Assembly (NCBI GenBank): GCA_029557905.1
Contig: JAKQHR010000015.1
Coordinates: 1,557 to 65,556, forward strand
Direction: 5' to 3'
DNA from: Verrucomicrobiota bacterium
Lineage (GTDB): Bacteria; Verrucomicrobiota; Kiritimatiellia; JAKQHR01
DNA length: 64,000 nt
The translations under genes and the position numbers were made by a program. The notes under the pieces are model-generated. The model had not been told where the DNA came from, made no database searches, and saw only the letters and a list, made by a program, of their open reading frames with translations. This document shows positions 47,543 to 58,225 of the stretch, piece by piece (positions within the stretch are counted from its first letter, which is position 1; every line of letters begins with the position of its first letter).

Positions 47543-48484
47543 TCATGCAAACAGCGATGTTGACAGGTACCGCTCGCCGGAGTCGGGCAGAATGACCACG
47601 ATGGTCTTGCCTTCAAATTCCCGTTTGCGCGCAAGGCGAGCAGCCGCCGCCAGAGCCGCGCCGCAGGAGATGCCGGAAAGAATACCCTCATCTTTCGCCA
47701 GACGCCTTGCGTATTCCATAGCCTCGTCTCCGCCGACTTTTTCCACCCGGTCAATGACCGAAAGGTCCAGCGTGTCGGGGATGAATCCTGCGCCGATGCC
47801 CTGAATCGGATGAGGGCCGGGCTGGAGCGGATCGCCCGCCATGGCCTGCGAGATGACGGGACTGGCTTCGGGTTCGACTGCAACGGTCAGGACATTCCTG
47901 TCCATGGTCTTCTTGAAATAGCGGGCAATGCCGCTGATGGTTCCTCCCGTGCCGACACCGGCCACCAGCACATCGATATTCCCTCCAGTGGCCTTCCAGA
48001 TTTCCGGTCCGGTTGTTTTTTCATGGATGGCGGGGTTGGCGGGGTTTTTGAACTGCTGGGGCATATAGAACTGCCCGGGGTATTCCGCCATGATCTGGTC
48101 AGCTTTCTCAATGGCGCCCTTCATGCCCTTCGCGCCTTCAGTCAGCACCACGATGGCGCCGAAGGCATCCAGAATTTTGCGGCGCTCAATGCTCATGGTT
48201 TCGGGCATGGTCAGCGTGACGCCATAGCCTCGCGCGGCGCCGACGTAGGCGAGGGCAATGCCCGTGTTGCCGCTGGTGGGTTCCAGTATTTCCATGCCGG
48301 GCTTCAGAATTCCTTTTTTCTCGGCGTCCCAGACCATAGAGGCCCCGATGCGGCATTTGACCGAATAAGCGGGATTGCGGCCCTCAATTTTGCCCAGCAC
48401 AAGCGCCTTGCTCCCGGCCAGTTTTCGAATCTGCACGAGCGGAGTATTCCCGATGCTCAGCGAGTTGTCCGTATAGTAGTTCAT
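47543..48484 (-). CDS. cysK: Cysteine synthase A
   Basis: NPAYSVKCR (PLP Lys), [15 protein letters not shown] and GIGAG. Confidence 0.95.
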   Translation of the reverse strand: MNYYTDNSLSIGNTPLVQIRKLAGSKALVLGKIEGRNPAYSVKCRIGASMVWDAEKKGILKPGMEILEPTSGNTGIALAYVGAARGYGVTLTMPETMSIERRKILDAFGAIVVLTEGAKGMKGAIEKADQIMAEYPGQFYMPQQFKNPANPAIHEKTTGPEIWKATGGNIDVLVAGVGTGGTISGIARYFKKTMDRNVLTVAVEPEASPVISQAMAGDPLQPGPHPIQGIGAGFIPDTLDLSVIDRVEKVGGDEAMEYARRLAKDEGILSGISCGAALAAAARLARKREFEGKTIVVILPDSGERYLSTSLFA

Positions 48485-49269
48485 TGTTTACCTCCTGATG
48501 GGTGTCTCCTCAAATCCCTGATTTCCGGATTCTTCCCGCACAGCGGGCAGTCGGCATTTCGATGGATATCAATGGTCCGGATGACCATGTCCAGCGCGTC
48601 GTAAGTCAGCAGGCGGTTGGTCAGCAGGCGCCCAATGCCCAGGATGTGTTTAATGGCCTCCGTGGCCTGGATTGTGCCCACGACCCCCGGCACGGCCCCG
48701 AGCACGCCTTTGCTGAAGGGCGGGCACTCGGCGGGTTCGCTGCGGAATATGCACCGGTAGCAGGCGGTTTCTCCCGGCAGCACGGTCAGGGTCTGGCCGT
48801 AGTATTCCAGAATGCCCGCATGACTGTAGGGCTTCCCGGCAAGGAAAGACGCATCGGCAATCAGGAACTTGCTGGCGAGATTGTCGGTTGCATCTATGAT
48901 GAAGTCGTAGTCCTTCAGCAAGTCCATGGCATTGTCCGCCGTGAAGCGCATATGATATGTGACAACATGCACGTCGGGATTGAGCGCGGAAATCGACTCG
49001 CTCCCCGAATGCACTTTCAGGCGGCCAAGGTCTTCGCTTGAATGCAGAATCTGGCGCTGCAGATTGCTGAGGTCAACGGCGTCATTGTCAACGAGACCCA
49101 GATGTCCGACACCGGCCGCCGCGAGATAAAGCAGGGCGGGAGATCCGAGCCCTCCGGCCCCGATCACCAGAACGCGTCCGCGAAGCAGGCGCTCCTGTTC
49201 CTTTTCGCCGAAGCCGGGAAGAATAAGCTGGCGCGAATATCGAAGTTTCTGCTCGGTATTAAGAGACAT
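48481..49269 (-). CDS. ThiF/MoeB/HesA family adenylyltransferase
   Basis: RYSRQ, GAGGLG, SNLQRQ, DATDN, CYRC and CPLC. Confidence 0.92.
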   Translation of the reverse strand: MSLNTEQKLRYSRQLILPGFGEKEQERLLRGRVLVIGAGGLGSPALLYLAAAGVGHLGLVDNDAVDLSNLQRQILHSSEDLGRLKVHSGSESISALNPDVHVVTYHMRFTADNAMDLLKDYDFIIDATDNLASKFLIADASFLAGKPYSHAGILEYYGQTLTVLPGETACYRCIFRSEPAECPPFSKGVLGAVPGVVGTIQATEAIKHILGIGRLLTNRLLTYDALDMVIRTIDIHRNADCPLCGKNPEIRDLRRHPSGGKQ

Positions 49270-49350
49270 CGCGCACTCCTTCAAATGGCATAAAGAACAG
49301 GCTGCACAGCATAGCCGGTTTTGCTGGACACTTTCATATCATATAAAATC

Positions 49351-49378
49351 TATGTAAATAATATATATTATGCGGAGT
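49351..49378 (-). other. dif-like (XerCD-type) 28-bp site
   Basis: Minus strand ACTCCGCATAA-TATATA-TTATTTACATA. 11-6-11 layout; left arm shares CGCATAA with E. coli dif; right arm is degenerate. Confidence 0.35.
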
Positions 49379-49515
49379 GTCCGTGCAACAGCCTGAAGTT
49401 GGCTCAAACTGCAATATTTCTGAGCATTAAGGCTGGAATGAAGGGACATTTTGTGTACACTCGTTCCCATTATGACTCATCATGAGCCCGTAACAGCATA
49501 CAACAGGAGAATGAG

Positions 49516-50334
49516 ATGAACAGCAATCAGTTCCTTCAATTCATGGACAAAGTCAAAATCTATGACCTCACTCAGCGCCTCAGCGTGCATACGCCTCCGT
49601 GGCCCAGCTATATGCCGCTGGGCATTCAGTATTTCAAGCGCATTGCCGGCGCGCACATGGGGCAGGGCGCCAACGGCCAGATTATTACCACCAGCAATCA
49701 TGTGGGAACACACATTGACGGTGAAATCCACTTTCATTCCAGCGGCCGCTGCATTGGCGATGTTCCCCTGAAGGAATGGGTCGGCGCGGGCGCTGTGGCG
49801 GACATTTCAGACATGGTGGGCGACTATGACCTCTATTCCCCGGAAATGATCATGAGCAAGGTGGAGGTCCGCAAGGGCGATATTCTGATTATCAACACCG
49901 GATATCACAAATACGGCTGGGACCAGAAGCATTCCGATGAGGTCCGGTATTTCGTGAAGCATCCGGGCCCGGACAAGGATTTCCACAAGTGGGCATTGAA
50001 GCTCAAGCTGAAATGGATCGGCGTGGACTGCGGTTCAGCCGATCATCCCATGAACACGATCATTCGCGACTGGCATCCCAAGGCTTTTGTTGAAGCCGAG
50101 AAGGTGCTGAAGGCCAAAACGGGCAAGACCTGGGATGAGTACTTCCCGCCCAAGGAATTTTATCAGGTCATGCACATTAAACTGTTCCCGGCCGGACTGG
50201 TTCATGCTGAAAACATCGGCGGCGACATCGGGAAACTGGGATCCCAGCGCCTGTGGATCGGATGCTATCCGCTGAAGGGGATCGAGATGGAATCGGCCAT
50301 GTGCCGCATTGTGGCCATGGCGCAGCCGAAATAA
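49516..50334 (+). CDS. Cyclase family (kynurenine formamidase-like) metal hydrolase
   Basis: HVGTHIDG (HxGTHxD), GVDCGSADH and HAENI. Confidence 0.88.
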   Translation: MNSNQFLQFMDKVKIYDLTQRLSVHTPPWPSYMPLGIQYFKRIAGAHMGQGANGQIITTSNHVGTHIDGEIHFHSSGRCIGDVPLKEWVGAGAVADISDMVGDYDLYSPEMIMSKVEVRKGDILIINTGYHKYGWDQKHSDEVRYFVKHPGPDKDFHKWALKLKLKWIGVDCGSADHPMNTIIRDWHPKAFVEAEKVLKAKTGKTWDEYFPPKEFYQVMHIKLFPAGLVHAENIGGDIGKLGSQRLWIGCYPLKGIEMESAMCRIVAMAQPK

Positions 50335-50347
50335 GGAGGCCCGTCCG

Positions 50348-51235
50348 ATGACGATCGCACTTGACTACGACTACGCGAAGCCGGCGACACTGGCGCAGGC
50401 CAGAAAGCTGATGGCGAAGCACAAGGCTCCCCGTGTGCTTGCGGGGGGAACCGACCTGGTGCCATGGCTGATTGACGGCATGGTGGAGCCTGACATCCTC
50501 GTGGACATCAAGGGGATTGCCAGTCTCGGCAGAATCAGGGTCAAGGGCGATGTGGTCACGCTGGGCGCTCTGGTGACCTTCAACGACCTGCTGGAATCAA
50601 AGGTCATCGCAAAGCGCGCGCCGATGCTTCAGGACATGGCCTCGAAAGTGGCGTCCACGGGAGTTCGCAACCGGGCGACCGTGCTGGGCAACCTTTGCTC
50701 GGCCGTGCCCTGCTGCGATGCCGGGCCCAGCCTGACGGTCTTTGACGCGCAGATTCAACTGTCCGGTCCGGATGGGGACCGCGTGGTGCCGCTGGACGAC
50801 TGGTTCACGGGGCCTCGCCAGACCGTTCGCAAGCCGGCGGAAATCGCCACGGCAATATCCTTCACGCTGCCGCCGAAGGGCAGCGGTGCGGCGTGGATCA
50901 AGCTCGGCCGCTACAAGGGCGAGGACCTTGCCCAGGCCAGCGTGGCCGTGCTGGTTAAGCCCGGCAATGTTTGCAAGGTGGCTTTCGGTTCTGTCGCTCC
51001 GCGTCCCGTGCGCGGCGTGAAAATTGAACAGCTGCTGGATGGCAGGCCATTGACGGACGACCTGATCGCCGAAGCCGTGAAGCTTCTTCCTGAATGCATC
51101 AGTCCGATCACCGATGTGCGCTCTACGCGCGAGTACCGCATGCAGACGATGGAAGTGATGCTGGAAAGGGGCCTGAAAGCGGCCGCGGCGCGCGCCGCCG
51201 GCAGGGGCCCGAAATACGGAACCGCACTGATCTGA
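50348..51235 (+). CDS. Xanthine dehydrogenase family FAD-binding subunit
   Basis: AGGTDL, VRNRATVLGN and ITDVRSTREYR. Confidence 0.92.
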   Translation: MTIALDYDYAKPATLAQARKLMAKHKAPRVLAGGTDLVPWLIDGMVEPDILVDIKGIASLGRIRVKGDVVTLGALVTFNDLLESKVIAKRAPMLQDMASKVASTGVRNRATVLGNLCSAVPCCDAGPSLTVFDAQIQLSGPDGDRVVPLDDWFTGPRQTVRKPAEIATAISFTLPPKGSGAAWIKLGRYKGEDLAQASVAVLVKPGNVCKVAFGSVAPRPVRGVKIEQLLDGRPLTDDLIAEAVKLLPECISPITDVRSTREYRMQTMEVMLERGLKAAAARAAGRGPKYGTALI

Positions 51236-51245
51236 GGAGAAGCCG

Positions 51246-51707
51246 ATGAAGAAAACAATCACGATGAACCTGAACGGCGACCTCCGGAGCGTGGAGGTGG
51301 AGCCCGGCGATATTCTGCTGGATGTCCTGCGGACCAGACTGGGCATCAAGAGCCCGAAGATCGGATGCGAAAAAGGCGATTGCGGGGCGTGCACCATACT
51401 GCTGAACGGCAAGGTGGTGCGGAGCTGCCTGATTCTTGCCATTGAGGTTGACGGGCAGGAGGTCACCACGGTCGAGGGCATCGGCAGGAACGGAGCCACC
51501 AGGCTTCAGAAGGCGTTTGTCGAGCAGAACTCCTTCCAGTGCGGCTTCTGCGCGCCGGGCGTCGTGCTGGCGGCGACGGCGCTGCTGGACAAAAATCCGA
51601 AGCCGTCTGAAAGCGAAGTGAAAGAAGCCCTTGCCGGAAACCTCTGCCGCTGCACCGGCTACGGGCCCATTATCGACGCGGTCATGTCTGTGGCAAAGGA
51701 GAACTGA
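51246..51707 (+). CDS. Xanthine dehydrogenase family [2Fe-2S] subunit
   Basis: GCEKGDCGACT, SC, QCGFC and CRCTGY. Confidence 0.95.
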   Translation: MKKTITMNLNGDLRSVEVEPGDILLDVLRTRLGIKSPKIGCEKGDCGACTILLNGKVVRSCLILAIEVDGQEVTTVEGIGRNGATRLQKAFVEQNSFQCGFCAPGVVLAATALLDKNPKPSESEVKEALAGNLCRCTGYGPIIDAVMSVAKEN

Positions 51708-51708
51708 T

Positions 51709-54144
51709 ATGGCGAACTATAAATATGTCGGGAAAGACGCCGTCAGGATTGACGGGATGGACAAGGTGTCCGGCGCCGCAGTTTATGTGGATGACATGGA
51801 TTTCGGTCCGAATCTGCTGCATGCGGAAATTGTTGAAAGTCCCCATGCCCATGCTCTGATCAAAAAAGTGGATATTTCAGAGGCCATGAAGGTTCCGGGG
51901 GTGGTCAAGGTTGTGACCGGAGAGGACTATCCGTTCACGTTTGGCCTCTATATGCAGGACCGGTTCATTTTTGCGCGCGACCGTGTACGCTTTGTGGGCG
52001 AACAGGTGGCCGCGGTGATCGCGCGCGATTCCAAAACCGCCAAGCGCGCCGCAAAGCTGGTGCGGGTCGACTATGAGGAGCTGCCCGATGTGCTGGACCT
52101 GGAAGGGGCGCTCAAGAAGGACAGCGTGCTGCTCCATCCGGATCTGGACAAATATTCGCGCTGCCCGTGGTTCTTCCCCCGCAAGGGCACCAACATCGCC
52201 CACTGGCGCAAGACCCGCAAGGGCGACATTGAAGAGGGCTTTGCCGAGGCGGATGAGATTCTCGAGGACACCTATACCGTGCCGCGCTATGCGCACTGCG
52301 CCATTGAGCCGCATGTGATCGTGGGCCTCTATGACATGGCCGGGCGCTTGACACTTTGGTCTTCGTCACAGTCGCCTTTCACGCAGCGGCACGTGTTCGC
52401 CGAGGCGCTGGCGCCGCTGGGCTTGACGCACAAGGATATCCGGGTGATCACGCCCTATGTCGGCGGCGGCTTCGGCGGCAAGGCCGGCGTAAGCATGGAG
52501 ATCATCGGATGCGCGCTGGCAATGGCTGTGCGCGGCCAGCCGGTGAAGGTTCGCCTGACCCGGGCGCAGGAGTTCTACAATACCTATCAGCGGCAGGGCG
52601 TGATCGCGAAGATCAGGCTGGGATGCAAAAAGGACGGGACCATTACAGCGCTGGAGCATACGCTTCACTGGGACGCCGGCGCGTATGTTGAATACGGCGC
52701 CAATGTGGTCAACGCGGTCGGGCTCTCGGCCACGGGGCCATACCGGGTTCCCCATGTGAAGATTGACTCGATCTGCACCTATACCAACCTGCCGCCGGGC
52801 GGGCCGTACCGGGGCTTCGGCTATTCCGAGTTCCACTTCGGCCTGGAGTCGCACATGACCCGCATGGCGAAGAAGCTGGGCATGGATCCCGTAGCTTTCC
52901 GCAAAAAGAATGCCATCGCCGAGGGTGATACCAACGGCTATGGATCCAAAATGAATCCGGGCGATATCCAGAAAGCCATTGATGAAGTGGCAAAAGCCGT
53001 GGAATGGGGCAAGAAAGAAGAATCCGCTGATCCTGACAAGAAGATCGGCAAGGGCCTTGCGCTGTTCTGGAAAGCGCCGGCGATGCCGCCGAACGCGAGT
53101 TCGGCAGCGTTTCTCAAGTTCAACGAGGATGGGAGCATAAATATCGCCGTCTCAGGAATGGAAATCGGGCAGGGCTATCTGACCGTCATGGCCCAGGTTG
53201 CCGCTGAAGTGCTCGCCGTTCCTCCGGAGCGGATCCGCGTGGAAACACCGGATACGGACCGCAATGCCTACGAATGGCAGACGGTCGGATCGCATGTTAC
53301 CTGGAGCTGCGGCAACGCCGTGCGCAAGGCGGCGGAAGACGCAAAGCAGAAAATATTCGACACCATTCACCGCGGGTGCGGGCTGCCGGTTGATTCGCTG
53401 TATCTGGAAGACGAGCATGTGAAAAGCCGTGCGGATGCATCCTTTGCGATGCCGTTCAAGAACTTCGTGATCAACGGTATCATGACGCAGGACGGCACAT
53501 GGCGCGGCGGTCCGATTGTGGGAAGCGGCATGTTCATGCCGGAGTTTACTTCCGCCACCGGCGATCCCGAAACCAGCCAGGGCGGCCATCCGTGTGTCCA
53601 CTACACGGTGGGTGCGGCAGCCGTGAAGCTGGAGATTGATCAGAGAACCGGAAAAATGCGAGTGCTGAAAACGGCACTGGCCGTGGATGCCGGGCAGGCC
53701 ATTAATCCATCGCTTGTGAGGGGCCAGCTGACCGGAGGCCTCCTGCAGGGCCTTGCGACCGTGCTTTATGAGGACATGCGCTACAGCAGAAAAGGCAAAC
53801 TGCTGAATCCGAATTTCACCGACTACAAGATTCCAACAGCCGAAGACGTGCCCGATGAGATCATTCCGATCATTATCGAGACACCCCAGCCCGACGGTCC
53901 GTTTGGCGCGCGCGGGGTGGGGGAGCACACCATGATACCGGCCGCCCCAATGGTGGCCGACGCCGTGGAAGATGCCCTTGGGCTTCGGATCAAGACCATG
54001 CCGCTCACTGCGGAAAAGGTGGCTCTGGCCGCACGCGGGATTGATTTCGGCAGCCTGAAGACGGACTCAATCGGCTTCTGCTTCATGGGCAGCGACCCGG
54101 CGGATTACGATTTTAAGTCCAGAGACTCCGCCGCGACTGAATAA
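51709..54144 (+). CDS. Xanthine dehydrogenase family molybdopterin-binding subunit
   Basis: QSPF, GGGFGGK, YRGFG, MEIGQG and ARGVGEH. Substrate not assignable. Confidence 0.93.
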   Translation: MANYKYVGKDAVRIDGMDKVSGAAVYVDDMDFGPNLLHAEIVESPHAHALIKKVDISEAMKVPGVVKVVTGEDYPFTFGLYMQDRFIFARDRVRFVGEQVAAVIARDSKTAKRAAKLVRVDYEELPDVLDLEGALKKDSVLLHPDLDKYSRCPWFFPRKGTNIAHWRKTRKGDIEEGFAEADEILEDTYTVPRYAHCAIEPHVIVGLYDMAGRLTLWSSSQSPFTQRHVFAEALAPLGLTHKDIRVITPYVGGGFGGKAGVSMEIIGCALAMAVRGQPVKVRLTRAQEFYNTYQRQGVIAKIRLGCKKDGTITALEHTLHWDAGAYVEYGANVVNAVGLSATGPYRVPHVKIDSICTYTNLPPGGPYRGFGYSEFHFGLESHMTRMAKKLGMDPVAFRKKNAIAEGDTNGYGSKMNPGDIQKAIDEVAKAVEWGKKEESADPDKKIGKGLALFWKAPAMPPNASSAAFLKFNEDGSINIAVSGMEIGQGYLTVMAQVAAEVLAVPPERIRVETPDTDRNAYEWQTVGSHVTWSCGNAVRKAAEDAKQKIFDTIHRGCGLPVDSLYLEDEHVKSRADASFAMPFKNFVINGIMTQDGTWRGGPIVGSGMFMPEFTSATGDPETSQGGHPCVHYTVGAAAVKLEIDQRTGKMRVLKTALAVDAGQAINPSLVRGQLTGGLLQGLATVLYEDMRYSRKGKLLNPNFTDYKIPTAEDVPDEIIPIIIETPQPDGPFGARGVGEHTMIPAAPMVADAVEDALGLRIKTMPLTAEKVALAARGIDFGSLKTDSIGFCFMGSDPADYDFKSRDSAATE

Positions 54145-54243
54145 AGCGGGCACTTTAAAGGCGGTTGCGCCTGTAACAGCACAACAAACCTGTGCCGCCA
54201 GTCAGCACGGAACCCGTGGTCTATCCGGATTCAACACTGCACG

Positions 54244-56505
54244 TCAGTCGTCCCACGAATCGGGAAGCGTCTGTACGGTTGAACGGCTGTGGTGTGTGTT
54301 GTTATAACCGTCTGATGTAACCGTTCCAGCCTGCAGCCATGAGTTTGTTCCATAGATGGAGTTGTTTGAAAACTGGGCATGCAAACCTGCGCCCCCTTTA
54401 GCCACCAGGTCTCCCCAGACCGTATTGTTATGGAATGCTACACTGGCGTTAAAGGGAGGAAACGGCGGGAATACAACGTTGATCTGCATGGCGCTTGTGG
54501 CGGCGCCCGTAGACTTGATGTAATTGTGAGTGTAGAGATGAATCGGAGTTGGCGGGGAAGAGGCCAAATCATCTATTGTCAGGAACCCGGCTGTGTTGAT
54601 GATCTCGCATCCAATCACTTCAAAGTGGGTAACGACATCGCCCACCTTCAGTGAGTTGGTCGACTGTGCGCTTTCGATTGATGAGTTATAGATGGCCACG
54701 TTTTGCGCGTAGGGGCGCACATCAACGGCGGGAGTTGTGCTTGACACGGTGATAAAGGAGTTCTGAACCTCTATCTGCTGCCCGGTGATGGTCAGGCCGT
54801 TTTGCACACGCATATTATCCAGTTTGACCCCGGTGGCGCCGATGAAAACAGAACCTGTCACTACAATCCCGTCAATGCGCCGACTGCCAACGATGCCCGA
54901 GGTGACACCGGTAACGGTCAGAGAAGCCAGTTGCGGGCGAGAAATGCCGGACACATGTATATTGGGGCTGCCCGCCACAAGACCCGGATAACTTCCTGCG
55001 GTAATAACAAGCGTGGCAGGCTGCGAGGGAAACAGTGCGGCTGCGCTGTTATAGCCGTTCTGGGGTGTATCATAGGGGGCATTCAGCGAACCCGGGCCCG
55101 AGGCGGTCCCATTTGTGGCCACCCATACCATGTTCTGCGGAAAGACTCCATCGCTGAGTCGCATATAGTTTGTGGTACTGTCTGCCGCTGCCCAGAAATT
55201 GCTGTCGAGCCGGGTGCTGACATCCGTCTGCAGGGCGTTGCTGGCCGTGTTCAGGTCGGTCACAAGAGTTCCAACCGCATTGCTCAGGGCGGCGTCTGCA
55301 CCGATGCGGGCAGACGTTTCATCACTCAAGTCTGAGGAAATCCCGCTGACATCATTGCTCAGTGCAGCGTCCGCGCCGATCCGGGCCGCTGCTTCACCAC
55401 TGACGGCATTGCTCAGGGCGGCGTCTGCACCAATGCGGGCAGACGTTTCATCACTCAAGTCTGAGGAAATCCCGCTGACATCATTGCTCAGTGCAGCGTC
55501 CGCGCCGATGCGTGCAGCCGCTTCGTCCCCGAGGTCCGAGGCAATCCCGCTGACTTCGTTGCTGAGCGCGGCGTCTGCGCCGATACGGGCAGTGGCTTCA
55601 TCTCCAAGGTCCGAGGCAATCCCGCTGACTTCGTTGCTCAGGGCGGCATCCGCCCCGATCCGGGCGGCGGCTTCATCGCCAAGGTCCGAAGCAATTCCGC
55701 TGACCTCATTGCTGAGGGCGGCATCCGCACCGATGCGGGCGGCAGTTTCATCGCCAAGGTCTGAAGCAATTCCGCTGACATCATTGCTCAGGGCGGCGTC
55801 TGCGCCGATGCGCGCAGCCGCTTCGTCCCCGAGATCCGAGGCGATTCCGCTGACTTCGTTGCTGAGGGCTGCATCCGCACCAATGCGGGCTGAGGTTTCG
55901 GTGTCGATGGCGGTTTGAAGGGCATTGCTTGCTGACACGAGATCAGCGCTGTCGGCATAGCCTCCCAGTTCATGGTCGCCCCATCCATAGGCTTCAGTCC
56001 ATTGCCCTGTTTCAAGTCCCGTTATGCTTGCGGCAACCGATGCGCCGAAAACAGGATCAGCTTCAATATAAAGAGGTGTACCCGTGGCATAAGCGGCCTT
56101 TTCGGCCTCCCAAATGGGATCAGTTTCCACATATACCGGAGTGCCTGTGGCATATTCGGCTTTCTCTGCTTCCCAGACGGGATCAGCTTCCACATATACC
56201 GGAGTGCCTGTGGCATATCCGGCTTTCTCCGCCTCCCAGACCGGATCCGTCTCGCTGGTGACAACGCCCGTCATATCTGAACCGTCGCCCTCGAATGAGA
56301 CGGCGGACACGATTCCGCTTACGGTGAGATTGGAGACCGTTTCAACCGGCCCGTCGGACTGGACAGACATCAGCTGGTTGGTCTGGTTGTCGTAGATGAC
56401 CAGCGCGCTGCTGCCATCATTCGAATCCAGATACACGCCGAAATCGGCGGCCTGAACTGCGAGCCCCAATGCCGGAATAATCAATGCTGTCAGTATTTTT
56501 TTCAT
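54244..56505 (-). CDS. Secreted fibrous repeat protein (coiled-coil stalk, beta-helix-like C-terminal part)
   Basis: Signal peptide; three 21-aa ETDPVWEAEKAxYATGTPxY repeats; nine ARIGADAALSN repeats; beta-strand-rich C-terminus. Confidence 0.8.
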   Translation of the reverse strand: MKKILTALIIPALGLAVQAADFGVYLDSNDGSSALVIYDNQTNQLMSVQSDGPVETVSNLTVSGIVSAVSFEGDGSDMTGVVTSETDPVWEAEKAGYATGTPVYVEADPVWEAEKAEYATGTPVYVETDPIWEAEKAAYATGTPLYIEADPVFGASVAASITGLETGQWTEAYGWGDHELGGYADSADLVSASNALQTAIDTETSARIGADAALSNEVSGIASDLGDEAAARIGADAALSNDVSGIASDLGDETAARIGADAALSNEVSGIASDLGDEAAARIGADAALSNEVSGIASDLGDEATARIGADAALSNEVSGIASDLGDEAAARIGADAALSNDVSGISSDLSDETSARIGADAALSNAVSGEAAARIGADAALSNDVSGISSDLSDETSARIGADAALSNAVGTLVTDLNTASNALQTDVSTRLDSNFWAAADSTTNYMRLSDGVFPQNMVWVATNGTASGPGSLNAPYDTPQNGYNSAAALFPSQPATLVITAGSYPGLVAGSPNIHVSGISRPQLASLTVTGVTSGIVGSRRIDGIVVTGSVFIGATGVKLDNMRVQNGLTITGQQIEVQNSFITVSSTTPAVDVRPYAQNVAIYNSSIESAQSTNSLKVGDVVTHFEVIGCEIINTAGFLTIDDLASSPPTPIHLYTHNYIKSTGAATSAMQINVVFPPFPPFNASVAFHNNTVWGDLVAKGGAGLHAQFSNNSIYGTNSWLQAGTVTSDGYNNTHHSRSTVQTLPDSWDD

Positions 56506-56522
56506 GATGTTGTCTCCAGAAC

Positions 56523-58061
56523 CTACGGCTGAACCTCAACCCTGTAATAATATCGTTCCCAAACTGTGACTGCGTTGGTAAAGGTGTTCACCGGGGGTGT
56601 GGCCGGCAAGTCGCTTTCCAGCAGCAAGGCCGTTCCAGTCACAAGATTTGTCCGGCGGTAGACTGAATAAAGTTTTCCGTCCACGCTGCTCCATGAAATG
56701 ACGAGATTGGTTTTTGAGCGGGTTTCCACCGCATCCAGGGTCAGCAGCGAGGTGTCATCCCGGGGATCCGTTCCCGCAATCCGTTCCTGCCAGTTGTCCA
56801 TAAGATCGTCATCATCGTCCGCGTCTGGATCCGCGGCGGTGCGATCATCAAAATTGTCGTATTCCCACTTGTCGGGAAGCGTGTCGGAGTCGCTGTCGCC
56901 GGTGGTTTCTGAAGCCAGCAGATCGCCAACCGGCGTGTAGATCAGCGCCGGCTTCAGCGCCACGGAACAGAGAGCCCAGGTGTCGAGGCTGTTAAGCGTC
57001 CAGGACATGACAACCGATGCCGCTCCCGCCTTTGTGCTCCCAGCGCAAGTGATCCCGTCGGCCCCCGTTTCAGTCCGGAAGTTGAACCGCTCTGTTTGTC
57101 CCGTGTCCGCTGCACAGGTGCGGCCGTCGTCGGTCGCAAGGTTGTCGAAAACGAGTTCGGAAGAAGCCGATGAAACCGTGACCGAGGCGGCCGTGCTGTT
57201 GCCGATGGAGCCGGTTGCCGTTCCCAGCGGCGTGACCGGATTTACCCCTGTGAAGGTGACAACTGCGGCGGCAATGGATACTCCGCTGGCAGACCCTTCA
57301 TCAATGCCGATCACCACGGTTCCTGCTCCGGCGGGAGGAGCGGCCAGACTCCAAATTTCACTGATGGCTTCCTGCACGGAAACCTGCTTGACAACCTGTG
57401 ATAGGGATGAGCCGCCATAGACAACGGAAGTGACCGACATGCCGGAAGCGTTGTCGTCCTCGCAGGAAATGCCCACCAGCATAAACCGGTTGCTTCCGGT
57501 GCCTGTGGTGTGGGATATGCTTAGATCGGCCCCGGTTTCATTGGCGTTTGTAGAAATGCTGTCCACGGCAATCGCCGCCAGACTGGTAACCACAGCTGAG
57601 GATTCTTCGATGACCCAGTTGGTGGGGGATGAGATGAAGAGGTCATAATCGCTGGAAGTTCCGCCATCCACAATTACCTGATAGAGCGGTACGGCCGCCA
57701 CGTCTCTTGTCAGGACCACCTCGCAAATACCCGAAACCGTTCCGCCCACCACCAGCTTGTCGAGCGTGGTGTGGTCCGCGGCATAGCACTCGAAGGCGCT
57801 GCCGTCCTGGAAAACAAGATCGCCGGTGAAACTGAGCGTGGCCGTGTCGTCGGGGGATCCGTCGCCCGGGGATATCGTTCCAGAAATATCGCCCGCGCCG
57901 CTGACGGTGCCGGAGCCTTGCAGTATAGCCCCCGCTCCAAGCGTCACATCCCCCCCCTCGGTTTTCCCGATCAGGTTAAGTTTGCCGCCATCAATACGGA
58001 GGTCTGACGCACTGGCGCTTAAGAGCATGCCGGCCATCAGCAGAACAATTGTTTGCTTCAT
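56523..58061 (-). CDS. Secreted protein with beta-rich domains, acidic DxDxD motifs and conserved C-terminal module
   Basis: Signal peptide; DSDSDTLPDKWE...GTDP...ISWSS...Y.VYRRTNL...YYYRVEV. Confidence 0.75.
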   Translation of the reverse strand: MKQTIVLLMAGMLLSASASDLRIDGGKLNLIGKTEGGDVTLGAGAILQGSGTVSGAGDISGTISPGDGSPDDTATLSFTGDLVFQDGSAFECYAADHTTLDKLVVGGTVSGICEVVLTRDVAAVPLYQVIVDGGTSSDYDLFISSPTNWVIEESSAVVTSLAAIAVDSISTNANETGADLSISHTTGTGSNRFMLVGISCEDDNASGMSVTSVVYGGSSLSQVVKQVSVQEAISEIWSLAAPPAGAGTVVIGIDEGSASGVSIAAAVVTFTGVNPVTPLGTATGSIGNSTAASVTVSSASSELVFDNLATDDGRTCAADTGQTERFNFRTETGADGITCAGSTKAGAASVVMSWTLNSLDTWALCSVALKPALIYTPVGDLLASETTGDSDSDTLPDKWEYDNFDDRTAADPDADDDDDLMDNWQERIAGTDPRDDTSLLTLDAVETRSKTNLVISWSSVDGKLYSVYRRTNLVTGTALLLESDLPATPPVNTFTNAVTVWERYYYRVEVQP

Positions 58062-58225
58062 TTGCTGTCTCTCCTCGATCGGCTATTCCCTAACCATACC
58101 CTTTATACATTATCCGGTTAAATTAACTCAAATATAAAACAGACTAATATGGATCCGGTATGTCTGCAATGAGGCTTGAACCGATTTTTATGGATTATTT
58201 CAGGCAATTGTTCAAAATCGCCTCC

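Noticed and set aside
51709-54144. Aerobic CO dehydrogenase CoxL
   Set aside because: The form I AYxCSFR loop is absent; the sequence has YRGFG.
55279-55899. CRISPR-like 75-bp periodic repeats
   Set aside because: In-frame coding repeats with synonymous variation and no unique spacers.
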